From: Patellaria atrata CBS 101060
Lineage: Eukaryota
Length of the DNA stretch: 64,000 nucleotides
Direction of reading: 5' to 3'
NCBI GenBank assembly: GCA_010093705.1
Contig: MU006097.1
Span: 1,030,715-1,094,714, forward strand
Each line of letters opens with the position of its first letter. The stretch's first letter is position 1. Positions 49,456 through 63,496 of this stretch are shown piece by piece. The notes under the pieces were generated by a model that had not been told where the DNA came from, searched no databases, and saw nothing but the letters and a program-made list of their open reading frames with translations. A program made the position numbers and the translations under genes.

Positions 49456-52400
49456 CTACATAAGATATCTCGGAGCAAGACTGATTTTGAATTTCCCTCC
49501 CATATGCGTCGCACTCAAACATACTTTTGCACTTTCGCTACGGAATAACTACACATAATCAGAATGCGTTGTCTCTGTTCGCATGTACGTATCCCGCTTA
49601 TCGGAATCTGTAGGACAGTTCGACACAGTATCCACAGTAAACACAGTAAACACAGTACCGGTATAGACTTGGGAGAGTTGCACCTCGGAAATTTCGGAGG
49701 TTGTACAGGTACCTTATGAAGTACATGCCGCTGTCATTTCACGGAACAGGGTCATTGACGGCAAGCTCGAGCCATATTACCGTCTTTTGGATATCTCGTA
49801 TCACCGATTTCGCCGACGCAAACCTCTCTTTGTCTACTTCAGTTCTCTCTTTTTCCCCTCGGAACGCGACAAGACTCAAGCGTCAAGGATGATGGTTGTT
49901 GTCGGCTCTGTATCTTCTCCCAGCTCACCAGCTCACAGTCACAGAATCTCAGGGGACTTTGTGGAGAAGGCAAGTGGCAGGCATCGTAAACAGTCAGCTT
50001 TTGACCTTTTGCTGAGCTTTCAGGTCTTCACCTACCTTAACAAAGTGTGGCTTCGGTGGAGCCGGGTTAACAAATCAGAGGAGTCGACGCGAATCCTACT
50101 TTGTAGTTCGTAGCTAAGTTGACCGAATGAAGCAAAGCGCAAGATTTCAGAGATGAGAGATCTCCCACTTGTGTCCTCCCGTTCGCTTCGCCGAAGCCTC
50201 TTGCCTTCCTTGCCGTGCTTGCTCAATTGGAAACCATGTTCTTTTAGCCACGTTGCAGGGTCTAGACGGCAAGGTACGGAGTGAGGTGCTGCTGGTAGTT
50301 CGCCGAGGAAGTCAATTTTGATATCTAAGGTACCTTACTGATAAACTTATAACAAACATCTCGACAGGGAAAGAACCCTTCGTCGGGTGCCTTCCTACAT
50401 TATTATCACCTGCTATTTGCGTCATTCTCTCAATGTTAGATCCGCAGGGAAGTCGGAATAGGTAGGAACGGTACCAGTAGGTGATTGAGATTCCTTCACT
50501 ACGACACTATCTCTTCGTCATTCATATATCAAACGTGGGTACTATCAGTCCGAAATTCTCATTATTAGATTGACCGCCTGCTGCATCGATTGATCTATTC
50601 CACCTAAGAAAGTATAGTAAATTCTTCTGTCTTGTTCTGTAGGCGAGAAGGATATTGAGCCTAGGGCTCGGAAACTCAATCCCTACTTCGATAAAGCAAG
50701 GCATTACAAAACAATATCGAGTGTGATGGATTGCTCTGCGGGGTAGTTCTACAGTATGTTGAGTTGAACTTGAAGCATTCCATTTAGGAACTCGGACACC
50801 GGCTCCTAAGCTATCTCATCAACGAAAATTTGGTGTTGTGGGGAACATCACAAGCACAACCTTACTCTCACCATATACCCTTACCTTCCATCATGACCTT
50901 TCATCTACACCCCAAGCACCATATTATCACGACATCTTTTTCATAAAGGTCATAAATATGCTCGAGGGTTTCCAAATAAGCAAATAATAAGCCACATAGT
51001 CATTCGTGTGCGGGGCGATATCGATAGAACGGCACCTTCCCTAGTTCTAGTCCTACTAGCCACTAGATACACTAACCTACACAGCAGTTCCATTTGAGGC
51101 ATTCATAAAATTCACTCATTACCTAAGGTATGTAGTTTCATACCCTTTTACACTTCCGAGTTGCGGTCTGAAACTCGCCCAACGACTCTCAATCCTCAGG
51201 TTACAGTATCACATCGCACCAAGACCCTTCTACGCGCTACGTTGCTCGAACCATTGCTCCAAACAGCTCGCAGGCACGTGCTTCGCAGCACAAAATCTAC
51301 ACCGCATCTCGAGAGATGAAACATCTGGTTCGAGGTGGTTACTCCAGCCCATATCCATATGGGGAGAAACGATCCCAATACCAATCCCAACCACACACCG
51401 CCCCGCTGCCCGAAATATACACTCCCTCAGCCGTCTCACTCCGAGCTCCGCATCCCGCCGTATAGGAATGCTAAGTCTCGTACAATCCACTCCTTTACCT
51501 CTCCAAGGGTACCTCTCCGCTCGTACCTTCATCCCTCCTCCCTCATAAGATCATCGCGCACCCCTCCGCCCTTTTTCCTACCCGGATCCCGCCCACTTAT
51601 CAACCTCTTTTCTATCTCCATCAACTCATCCCCATAGAGCAATTTCTTTATTTTCACGTCGCGGCGTAGCCACCTTACACGCCTAAGGTGCTTGCTCGCC
51701 TAGATACTGTACCTTATATATCCACGACCCAGAGTCGTACAATGTCCATTTCGCTCGTGCGAGCACCTCCATCCTAACATCATAGATGAGGGCGTAGGTA
51801 GTCAAAGGCGTCGAAACTCATTCCCACATGTCCCCTTCTCTCACCGCGAATACGATGAGAGAAAGGTAGAGCAAACGGGAAACACAGTAAACGGTTATTT
51901 CAGAAAGTGTGAACTTGAGTTTGCGAGAACCGGGAACTTTTTGATGACGTGTATAAAGGTGTTGACGTTGCGCTATTCCAACGTCTCAACAGCTGAGGTA
52001 GAGCATGTAGGGACAAGTGGGAGACGATGGTTGGGTTCCAGCGAGGGCGTAAATGGTAGGTAGATTTCATGGCTGGATACAGCAATGATATACACTCTCC
52101 TCTTGAGAGGCGTCCACGTTTATGTGTCAGTCCTGGGATGTTTCGATAGCGAGTAAAGAGCAGCATAATTTTGACAAAATGACGTATATGAGATTGATGT
52201 ACCCTTCAAGCTAGGACTCATCGCTTTTTAAGGGAGAGTATAGGGGTCTATTCTATTTCATTCTACAGAGTCACCTACTTCACTCCTGACTCCCTCACAT
52301 ACCTAGGACTTACGATGAAAGGGTACTTAAGTTATGGGGTGAGAGGTATAACGTTTCTCAGATCGTAACAATGGACAGACTTGTACCTATATAGCTTACA

Positions 52401-54397
52401 TCAAGTCCTCCACGCTTGGTCCGAATCCAATCCCATACCCCTAGCGATCTTTTTGATCAAGGCCTTCTTCAGAAACTGTTCTCGTGCTAAGCTCCTAGTT
52501 TGCTAACAGGATGTCAGTTTCATACGAGAACCGAGGTATCCACAGATACTTACCTTGATAAAGACATCTACACCGATTCTACCCTTATCTAAACCCCTGC
52601 CAAGCACGAAGATCGCATCAGCACACGCTCGTTCCTCCGCACAAAGATTGTACAATTGTCCACCAACCACAGTCGGTGCGACTAGAACCTCATCAACATC
52701 GGGCACCTTTCTATTCCTCGCATCGTTCATAACACGGTCGGCTTCGTGCATAGCCTGTCTCAGAATTTGCTCATTCGACGCTAATACGGAATCCAATTGC
52801 TGTAGCTGATCCAGTTCATTTTGCAGACGTGAGTAAGCCTCGCGAAGGGACGTCTGCTGGATTTGAAGAGGTTGGATCGCCTTCATGTTATCAGATATGG
52901 TGTGTTGTATCTGATTGCAGAGGGTACTGGAGATTGCCTTTAACAATGCATCCTTCTCGGGATTAGGGGGAATCGGCGGTGGAGCTACAGTCTGCTCTTT
53001 TCCTGTTTGCGAAGGTATCGTAACGTCTAGTGGTGAGGACAGGAGATCTTCAATGGGCTGTTGTTTCTTCGGTTGCTGAGCTTGTGCCTTTGGGGGCCCC
53101 ATGTATGGGAGTTGCGCTTGATGGGAAAGTACATTCGAAGGTAACCTTTGGAAGGGGACTGATTGTTGGTACATGGATTGAGAACTGTGCTGTAACTGTT
53201 GACCTGGTGGATGGAAGCTTGGCTGTTGTGGCGGTGGTGCCTGTGAGTATCGATTCGCATGAGGTAGAGTAAGATGTTCTGGAGTGATTGGACTAACAGG
53301 ACTTCCAAGTTCATGCTGTTGAGCTTGATACAAGTGCTGAGTTTGCATTCGTAAAGGAGTGGGTTGCGGTGGAGGACGAGAGAGACTATCATCGAGACTC
53401 ACTTGTCTTTGGGGATACTGGGAATTACCTTGATGCTGGGGATACTGGTGAGTATAGCCTTGTCGCGAACTGTTTGGCGTTGCTTGTCTCTCACCCATCG
53501 CATGAGGGGGTAGAGGTGGGATAGGGGGTGCCCCTTGATTATGCACAGGCGTACCAGTGTACGGGGACGCTGTGGGTGTGGATATCTCATGTGGTTTCGG
53601 GGGCCTAGGTGGCGGTCTTGATTCTGAACTGGAGCTTGCGGATTGTGGAGGCTGTACAGATCTTTTTAACTCCTCCGGTGGGGGAGGTCTTGGTGGAGGT
53701 GCTTGCTGCTGTGGGCGAGGAGCAAATTGCTCTTCTTGCCGTGATCTGACTGGTGGCTCCTTGGCGAATACGCCGCGTAGAACCTCAAGGAAGTCGAGTA
53801 AGGACGATTTCTAGAAGATCACGTTTGTATAAGCATTGAAATTAGTGTTAATAGCCGCAGAGCGGGTTGCAAGGGGGATCTATCAGATCCTTTGAAGTCA
53901 TCTTCTACTTACGTCCCAGTACTGGTTCCACTGCGCCAAATATGGATGATACACTTTGCCATCTGGACTGACGTGTTGTCCTGGTCTTACGACCATACCT
54001 CGGACTGGTGTGACATAAACTATAGGTGCTTCTTTGGGATATGCGTGGGGTATCCAGAGAGCAAGTGGGAACCGATACACAGTGCCCCGAAACGTTACAG
54101 GCAAAGTACCGCTAATGAGGAGTAGTAGAGCGGACGCTCCATTTTCGTAAGCTACATTTCGATCTTAGCGTTTTGTATAGACTTGTTTCGAGAGCACCGT
54201 ACTGTAGACCTCCGTCCGCGGTGAGAGGGAATGGTAGTGCGACAAGCTTCGGGCGACATCCGAGTAAGTGCGATTGACATCGTGGTATTCCTTCGTATAA
54301 TTATTAGTTAGATCTAGTTTCAATTTTTGTTAACGGTTCTCACGCTTGTCAGCACGCTGTAAAGCCAATTGAGGACTTTATCTGGTACGGTGGTCAT
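52401..54397 (-). CDS. VPS23: ESCRT-I subunit Vps23/Tsg101 (UEV domain, Pro-rich region, steadiness box), multi-exon
   Basis: MTTVPDKVLNWLYSVLT; UEV GTLPVTFRGTVYRFPLALWIPHAYPKEAP...GKVYHPYL; core QLYNLCAEERA...FIK|QTRSLAREQFLKKALI. Confidence 0.92.
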
Positions 54398-55058
54398 GGT
54401 GTTGGTTCGGAGGTGATCTGCGGAGATGCCTCATTTGCCGCTTCACGTTTTATCACGGACATGAGACATAAATGATACTTGGGTAATGCGCAAAAGACTA
54501 CAAAGATTTTAGAGATCAAGAAGATTTATCCCGAATAGGTGTAGAATTTAGCATCGTCATATGGTCTTGTTTGACTCTCCACGTTCCACCAAGGCAGCGG
54601 CATTGGCATCAAAAGTGAAGCCATCAAAGTACCGGTGGAAGAAATCAGAGCTGTCAACCGCATATAACTCTTTCATAGAGATGAGTAAAATGGATCGCTT
54701 ATGCATAATTGAGTTCTCATTCCGAATGACGGAATATCATCATTTGCTCATCAAGCACATCACACTGTGCCGTCTACTATCTACAATTTTGCGTTGTACA
54801 GCTATATTATGACATTTTGTACGCCTTAGGCACGCCCGAATGCCCAGAGACAAAGACGAACGAACCACTCATTGAAGAGTGTATATTGAAGGGAGAAAAT
54901 GTAAACCATGAACAACCCCTCAACTCCAAGAACTTGAACAAGGGCTGCTCAAGGTACACATAGGTGATAATCGCATAATCTACCATCCCTGATAAACGCC
55001 TAAACCAGCCGCTCCAATTAAACAATTATAGGAAGATAAAGCCCTATAACCCAAGAGT

Positions 55059-56861
55059 CTAGTGTTGACTCCATTCGATGGTATTCAGATCGACCCCTTC
55101 CTGAACGAGCTCCCATAGTGGACTGAGTTCTCTGAGGAATGTCACACGTTCTTGAACCGCTTTCAAGACATAGTCGATCTCACCTTCAGTAGTGAAGCGT
55201 CCAATGCCAAAGCGGATGCTGCTATGCGCATTCTCATCACTATTGCCGAGTGCTCTTAGGACATAGCTTGGCTCTAGAGAAGCTGACGTGCAGGCGCTTC
55301 CCGAAGAGAGAGCGATATCTTTAAGTGCCATAAGCAAGGATTCGCCCTCCACATATGCGAATGATACATTTACACAACCGGGATAAAAGCGTTCTGGGTC
55401 ACCGTTTTGGCTCGTATGCTCTAGGGATAGCAGCCCTTTTAATAGACGGTCGGAAAGTGCTTTGATTCTCTTGGAATCATACTGAGCAGTCGTTAGCTTT
55501 GGCTCGGAACGAATGTCTCCGGTTAAACAGATATAAGTAATAAGCATAAATCATAACCCCTGCTATGTTCAACAGAATGCTGAGGTACATCTGCCAAAGC
55601 AAATGCAGCTCTCCTCAAGCCATTCAGAAAGCCATGCATGTATAAAGCGTATAATCATATGAGCGCGAGTAGTATCAAATCAAATTCTGCTCACCTCTAA
55701 ATCTTCTTTGCAGATCCGTGCAGCTTCACCAATACCGACAACGAGAGGAGGGGCAATTGTTCCACTGCGGAGACCACGCTCCTGTCCACCACCAGTTATG
55801 ATGGGGTCAATTCTTACTCTTGGTCGGCGTCGAACATAACAGGCACCAACACCCTTGGGACCGTAGATTTTATGACCCGATATTGACATGAGGTCAACAT
55901 TCATTTTGTTAACGTCAACTGGAATCTTTCCGACTGCTTGAGCACCATCCGTGTGGAAAAAAACTTTCTTTGACCGACATAATCTTCCAATCTCCTCAAC
56001 GGGCTGGATGACACCAATTTCATTGTTAACGGTCATGATACTTACGAGACAGGTTTCTGGTCTTATAGCAGCTTCTAATTCTGCCATATCAATAAGTCCA
56101 TTATTGCCTACAGGTAGATATGTAATATCAAAGCCTTCGTCTTGGAGATGTCGACAACTATCAAGAACACATTTGTGTTCCGTCTGAGAAGTAATGATAT
56201 GATTCTTTGTTCCGGAGCGTTTGAAAAACCTCGCAACACCTTTAATACTCATATTATTACTCTCCGTGGCACCACTAGTGAAAATTATCTCTTTCGGATC
56301 TGCGCCAATGAGATCTGCAAGATGAGCGCGGGCTTGTTCGACAGCTTTTTCTGTCTCCCAACCGTACGCGTGTGTCCTGGAGTGCGGATTCCCATATAAC
56401 CCGGTCATAAAGGGAAGCATTGCGTCTACAACTCGCGGGTCCATTGGAGTGGTTGCCTGCATATCCAGGTAAATTGGTCTTGAACCTTCATCCATAATCG
56501 TTGCTTGTTTCAATATACCTGCATACAATTGTTAGAGATGGGACTGGGTCTTAAACGGCGTAGGTGCTGTACCAGCTTGAGGGCTCATCATCACATCGGC
56601 ATCCATACCGGTGGTTGGCATTGTAGCATCCTTCGGTTTTACGCCCGTCTTCTGTAGAAAAGCCCTCTGATCCGCTTTGATGGCTGATTCGACGTTGACG
56701 GTCGCCTGCGTAGCTTTCGTCTCCGATACATAGCTACGTCGGCCATTGGAAGCTAATGCGTTGCTCGTTCGAATGATGGATCTTGACTTTGGTGTTTTAG
56801 AGAATAATCTGGAGCAGAGTTTGAGGGCCTGCTTTGTAGCTGTTGGCGTAATACTGGTCAT
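55059..56861 (-). CDS. NFS1: Mitochondrial cysteine desulfurase, 3 exons
   Basis: [41 protein letters not shown] (PLP Lys), [17 protein letters not shown] (catalytic Cys), C-terminus IEWSQH; basic N-terminal presequence. Confidence 0.96.
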
Positions 56862-57675
56862 GATGTCGAAGGTAAATGGGGGTGGATGAGGAAAATGTTT
56901 CTGCAGTGGCGGAGAACCGGTAAGATCTGATAAAGATGTGTAGTAAGCAAAATGTACAAAGTAGGCTAAGCCGAAAATGTCAGCTTAACACCGACTAAGG
57001 ATCTATGCCATAAACGGTGGGTATTCGTCACTGAATTGGACTACCTTAACTTTATCTTACGGTAAGGTACCTTACTCGTACCGTATCAGAAGGTGGAATC
57101 TTTCGGCTTGATTATTACAGATGAGAATAGGATCCATATGTATATCTTATTATTTGCTTCGGATATCTAGTCTGATTTGAAGCTCAAGACCTTTGCGGAT
57201 GTTACAAAGTTGAGTCTGGGTAAATGTAATTAATCAACGGTTTAACGCTTTTCGGGCATTATTTGTTCTACTTGTGTCCGCTTCATCCGTTGTTTTCGTG
57301 GTTGCCCTGCTTATGCCCGCATGTGGGCGGGTTGATCAAAGATGAACTGCCCGCCACGCATCCTCGTTTGCTACTGTTAATTCTAACTCACTCGTATACT
57401 TTCTCGAAGATTTTGTACACGAGACTCTGCTGTCGTGGGCAACAATCATAAAACATCAATTCCGTCCTAGCTCCAAAACTGCCCGCGTGTATGCTAAGCC
57501 ACTTGGAAGCCACGAACTGCGTCATATTCTTCCGGCAACACCAGCATCAATCACCGTGCCTGATCCTTTAAACCTCATCGTTCTCCTTGATATTTTGAGG
57601 TCCCTACGGAATCGCCTTTGGTGAAATTAATTACACACATCTAGTTCCGTTACGCGCGCGGAGTACACTTAAAGC

Positions 57676-59242
57676 ATGAGTTTCAAAGGCTTTCAGAAGA
57701 GTGTTGTTCGGGTGCGTCGGTTACATGGATACTAAGTAGCATTCCACTTCGCGATGACTGACTTTGATATAGGCGCCGCAAACCTTCAAGCAACGTTTCA
57801 ATCTAGTAAGTCAACACCATAAGCAAAGCGTCAAATGGTCCTGCACGAATCTTGCAGATTGGTGAAGCTGTGAAACCGGCAGATTGGCTAAACGGTCATA
57901 GGGTGAAATATCGAAGGACCCTGTTTATGTCGACGCGGAGAGACGATTCCAAGAGTTAGAGAAGGAGACCAAGACACTTCATACAGAATCGAAAAAGTAG
58001 GTCTATGAGATTGACTTAAGTCTAGACATGCGCTAATGGATACAGGTACTTCGATGCGATCAATGGTATACCGTGCCCCATCGAGTTCCTCAAACACTTG
58101 TCTGATACAATTTGACACTAGGCATGCTCAATCATCAAATCGAGTTCTCAAAAGCTATCGCTGAGATCTACAAACCCATATCCGGCAGAATGTCTGACCC
58201 CGACTCATTTGTGGTTGATGGAAATCCAGAGGGCATTCGCGCATGTGAGGAATACGAGGGGATCGTCCATGACCTCCAGGCGACACTACAACCTGAATTG
58301 GAAATGATCGAGACCAGAGTTATCCGACCGGCGGACGAGCTTCTAGAAATCATCAAAGTAATTCGAAAGGTAGCGTTGAAGAGGGATCACAAGCAGTTAG
58401 ACTATGACCGTCATAGGGCTACGCTCAAGAAGTTACAAGACAAGAAAGATAAAACTCTGAAGGACGAAAAAGCACTATACAAAGCGGAAAACGATGTCGA
58501 GCTTGCAACGCAGGAATATAACTATTTCAACGACCTGCTCAAGGATGAATTACCCAAGCTCTTCCAGTTAGAACGGGAATTTATCCGACCATTGTTTCAA
58601 TCCTTCTATTACATGCAGCTGAACGTTTTCTATACTCTTCATGAGAAAATGCAGAATATAGACATCGGGTACTTCGACCTAACTTTAGACATCGAGGCTG
58701 CATTCGAGAAGAAACGAGGAGATGTAAAGGATGAAACTGAAAAACTCACCATCGTACATTTCAAGACTACGGGAGGGTTGAAAAAGCCACAATTGAAGTA
58801 TGGAAGCAAGTTGGCAATCGAGAACGGGAGATCCCCTGTTCGCAGGTCAACGCTGGATTCTTCTTCGGATACACCACCCCCTCCATACAGCCCACCCGTA
58901 GGAGCTTTGACAACGACGCCCACATCACCGGCACTTTCATCCATTGCCGCTGCGAAATCAAAGCCCCCACCACCAAAACCGAAGCCCTCGAGGCTCAGTG
59001 GCGCTCCTGCAGCGGAGACTGTAACGGCTCTCTATGACTATGAGGCGCAGGCTGAAGGAGACTTAAGCTTTAAGACAGGCGAAGTGATTGAGATCATTAC
59101 GAGAACGCAAGACGAGAACGCGTGGTGGACAGGTAAGGTTGGGATCAGGCAAGGGCAGTTTCCAGGTAAGTGAAATCCCTTTCCGTGATCGCTGCTAAGT
59201 ACTAACCAAACCAAAGCGAATTATGTGCGTCTAAATACCTGA
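57676..59242 (+). CDS. RVS167: Amphiphysin-like BAR-SH3 protein (Rvs167/Hob1), 6 exons including a ~20-nt microexon
   Basis: Spliced N-terminus [42 protein letters not shown] region [15 protein letters not shown]3 [15 protein letters not shown]...WWTG...GQFPANYV. Confidence 0.92.
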
Positions 59243-60854
59243 TTTCCAGCATGGGTGATTTGGCGTTATGCAGGTGTATTGCATCTCTTGTTTGGTTCTA
59301 TGAACTTTGTTTTCGCGAGAACCCTCAATTGCTCGGTCAATAATTGTTAGGTTACAGACGATAGATGATTAGACGAGGAGAATGAGATACGCAGTTTCCG
59401 CACATAAGACTTACGTTCTGTGATGCAGAATCTGCACAGAGTATTGGTTAGTAAATGCCACTTTACAAGTGCGGACGGTCGAACGTAGATACTACAGGCC
59501 GAAAGGAACTCACGAGGTTATATTCAACAGGTGATAACTACCCACGCTCAAAAACTAATTCTTTTCAACAATAACTGTTCTGTTCCATTGATCCCTTTCT
59601 CTCGCCTTGACTCCGTACCACCTACAGTACTCACCATCGTAGCAAGCAACCCGTCCCACAGCTGTTCCCCGAAAGACGACCCACATACGCTATCCATCAC
59701 GTTTTCACTTCCCTGTCCAACTCATAAGAATAATCCTACCCTATTCCACACCTCATCTAATACCTTCCCCCCTTCTTCCCCCTATACGCCCACCATTCTC
59801 ATACCCACTCCGCTCCACCACCATATTAAACCCAATTCACCCACAACGCCTCTCCCATGAATTCCCTACCCAATACCCTGGTCGCCGTCAGTGTCCCTCT
59901 CACAGGGTAGATCCTCCGTATCATCAGCAGAGAAATGTAAGGACAAGCTCAAATATCAATTCTCCCACCTCAGCCCTCCTTACTATATCTTCACACCTCC
60001 TTAGTCAGAACCGACTGGGCTGAAAGCAATTATAATTATATCCAGACCCGCGGGAGGAGTTAACGTAGGACTTGTTCACGCGCCTTGAGTCCGTGGATAG
60101 AGCAGACGAACACATCCCCCCAAAATAGTCCGGTGTCTATGGATATAGACATCTCGAGGAGGAAATGAGGTTATTTGCAGGAGTGGGGTCGATAAAAGTA
60201 GGACGGCAGAAACGAAAGGGAAAGAAGATGAATATCCGAAGTGGAGATTCATACCCTATTTGAATGAGCGATGAGACGGTGCGTCGACTGCGCACACTTT
60301 GCAGATATGGTATGTAAGGACTAAAAAGGGGGGATAGTAAACAGATCTCCTAAAATTACCTGGTTGAACTTCTGTCTGCATGCTCTATCAACACATTACC
60401 GCTTTCGGTAATACGTTGACATCAGCCAACTACCCGCGTTTTTGCCACGCGACGTCCCATCGTGAGTCTAACGAGAGAACAGGAATTATAGTAAATAAAT
60501 TTCTAAAAGAGGAAAAGTCTACGTGATAGTGAAGTTCGTCGAACGTCTATGGGATTTGTAAACGGATTGCCTAAAGCGGTGATAAGTTGACATCCTCCAC
60601 ACCCTTGACTCCATGAAGCACGAAACATATTGGACCGATCAAAACAACGGGAACTGAACTTCAATGGAGTCAAATATCGTACCTAAATCCTCCATCTCTA
60701 TACAAAAGCTCTTCAGCTCGAATAGCACTAATAGTGTATACACAAACCCCATCTAGACTCCTCAAACTCCCTTAAAATGCATCCTACATAGCTCCCGTTT
60801 TCATCCGCTGCTATATCCCACGCCACACCTTGCGTCCCTGGGAATCTAGGTCTC

Positions 60855-62222
60855 TTATTCCAACCCCATTTTCTCATCGCTAAAATGCCTCCCATGCAAC
60901 ATACCCATACTGCTTCCTCTGCCCCTACCCCTTTTCCGCAAGACGTCCCCCAGCCAATCCGAGAGCTGATACACCCACCCCATCGTAACTAGCACGCCGG
61001 AAATGACGTTCACCAGCCTGATCAGGAGGGTCAGATAGCCTCCCCGCTCCTCTGCCACGGTCAGTAGGATGGGCTCGATGTCGAATTTCACGAAGATACC
61101 CGGGACCGAGGTTTCGGAGACTGTGCGGGATTGCTCGGTGACGGCGTACTGGTTGGTGTAGATGGTGTGTTTGGAGGAATAGGAGTGGGTGGGGTCCAAT
61201 GGATCCTGTGCGCGGCGGAGAGCGGAGGTTTTGGCGGTGTAGATGGTCGGGACAATGGAGAGGTAGTATTGGTATTTGAAGAAGTGCTCGTCGGTTGTTG
61301 CGATGGTGTTGTCGAGGGGGTTGGTGAGGGAAGGGTAGAAGGGACCGAAGGAGAGTTCGTTTATTTGGTGAGAGAAGTTGAAGGCTAGGGATTATTAGCA
61401 TGTGTGGTGGCATTGACAATAGATATGAGTACTCACACTTGTGGCTCAAGTGTTCTCCCATCTCCATATATCCGTGTCCTCTCGCCGTGATGTGGAAGTC
61501 TCCCTGAACCTTGTTAAGGTCTAAGCTGCCATAAACCCTACACGCATCATATGGGCCCCTCATCCTCGGCGTTTTGGAAAACTTCCTCCTCTTTCTCGCA
61601 ACCGCCAAATAGTCGTGGACATCCTCCATCTCATCACTATCCGCGCCCTCCCCTAGCCGATGCACCAGCGCACCTTTGCCCCACTGTTCCCAGTGCGTGC
61701 GATCCTTTTCCAACCGTTGCGCCGCCTGAATCAGATCCCCCGAGGCGTCTTGTACGTTGATGTGTACGTCTTCGCAGTGCATAGCTACCACGACATCGAT
61801 GTTGATCTGCAGCTCGCGCGAGACGCCCTTCTCAACGGAGAAGGCATGCGTTGTCTCACCCGCAAGCCAGCGCGAGGTTTCCGAAATGGTGAGCCAGGCA
61901 CACGTCGCGATCATAAGGATGGTAAGAACACCTCCATTGCGCGATCGGGTGAGGTATGTCGCTTTTGTCTTTGCTGGAGAGAGATGATATGTGAGCTTGC
62001 GGGTACTCCTCCATTGCAATAGAATTGTAAATCCGAAACATCTCCGAAGCTGCTAGTGAGGACGAGGAAATGCAGTACTCACGAAATGCATCGAACGCTT
62101 TCACAGACAGCCCACTGCTGGTGCCAAAATCTGTAAGTTCTGTCAACTTGCTCGATCTACCAATACGTTAGGGGAGCAAACATACTGCCTTCTTCAAGGC
62201 CATGGTCCGCGAATCCGTTCAT
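60855..62222 (-). CDS. ERV41: ER-Golgi COPII vesicle protein Erv41, multi-exon
   Basis: MNGFADHGLEE, VKAFDAF|AKTK, LQINIDVVVAMHC..VHINVQDASGD, CRVYGSLDLNKVQGDFHITARGHGY, NFSHQINELSFGPFYP, PGIFVKFDIEPI, C-terminal TM. Confidence 0.92.
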
Positions 62223-62692
62223 GAGTACACTGTGAGGCACTGCAGGCCTGGAGCGACTCGTTCAAACTTGTGTTGCTATAGTTCTCTTGAAAGACATGTA
62301 GAACTGAAGGCTGGTCACATCCGCATTTAGATACTTTGTAAAAGGACACATGTTTCGGAGGTTATGTGGTCTGTGCACTGAAATCATCATCTGTCCTCCG
62401 CAGACACCATTAGGTATTTCCTCAAAATACTATTTCGACGAGTATTACCACCTTCCAGTTCAAATACTACACTTTTGTATGGCAGCAAAGTTGCAATTGA
62501 ATGATTGTTCACCAAGTTCCTGGGGGGTAGAACGCCCCTTGATTGGAAGCAAATGTGGCAGGTTGCATATCGATTAACTAGACATCCATTGTCTACAATT
62601 TACTTTCCATATAATACAAGACTTTAACCAGCCGGACCCATTCCAGCATATTCCCACTCAGATTTTCATGGTCCTCATTCAGGTCATACCCC

Positions 62693-63496
62693 TTAAGCGG
62701 AGGTCTCATCTAAGTTATCATACTGTCCATCCGCCGCAAACGCTGGCTTCCTCGATCCAGCAGCATCAGCTCCAGCCTCAGCGTTTTGTCGTTGGAACTT
62801 ATTCTCCGCCGCTCTTCCCGGATCATCCTTCGTGGCGATCTCACTGTTAAAACTCGCATTTGGAGCATCGCTATCGAAGTCACCTTCCGTGATATTCTTC
62901 CCCTTAGGAGCAAAGACACCTTGGTTCTCTAAGACACCATCCGCGGAACCGGAATATGCACCTGTTGGCGCGATTCCACCGTTATTGGTACCGCTGCCGG
63001 TGGTTGTATTGTATGGTGTGGAGCCGGAATTCGAGCCTCCTTGAGTGTTGTATGTCGGACCTACACCTCCCTCCTTTCCGAGATTACCACCAGCCTTGAG
63101 ACTCGCGGATTCACTCCAGCCCTCTTGAGCTTGGCGTGCTTCGGCATCTGGAGCGGATCCTAACGTCGTAGCACCAGAGGTATCTGTGTTGTTCGTTGTC
63201 GTCCCCTTCGATGGCTGTTTGGACGCCGCTACCCCAGGATTCCCCGAAGCGAAGTCACCGCCCGAAGAGAGTGATTCTGCTGCTAGGGAATCTGATGTTA
63301 CCACACCAGTTCCTTCATTGACGGGGTTGCGAATTGATGCGGGATCAGTGGTGACCTATAGTATTTGTTAGTCAGTCCTCACTTTCAAGAGACAGATTAC
63401 GCTTCCTAATCATTCAGTGGCTCTTGAATCAGGAGGAAGCGACAATTGACAAAGATGTGAAGTAGTTCGTACCTTTGTTCCTTCTGAAGAACCCAT
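62693..63496 (-). CDS. Conserved hypothetical Gly/Ser/Thr-rich hydrophilic protein, 2 exons
   Basis: MGSSEGTK|VTTDPASIRNPVNEGTGVVTSDSLAAESLSSGGDF...PKGKNITEGDF...NASFNSEIATKDDPGRAAE; intron ~63357-63472 (gtacga...gactaac...tatag). Confidence 0.75.

Noticed and set aside
51196..51637. Purine/pyrimidine-skewed ORFs (also 59531-59860)
   Set aside because: Explained by compositional skew, with stops in the plausible frames and no homology recognisable.
63357..63472. Possible 5-nt microexon (AG|GAAGC|GT) inside the intron of the last gene
   Set aside because: Inclusion would break the reading frame, whereas a single intron preserves it.
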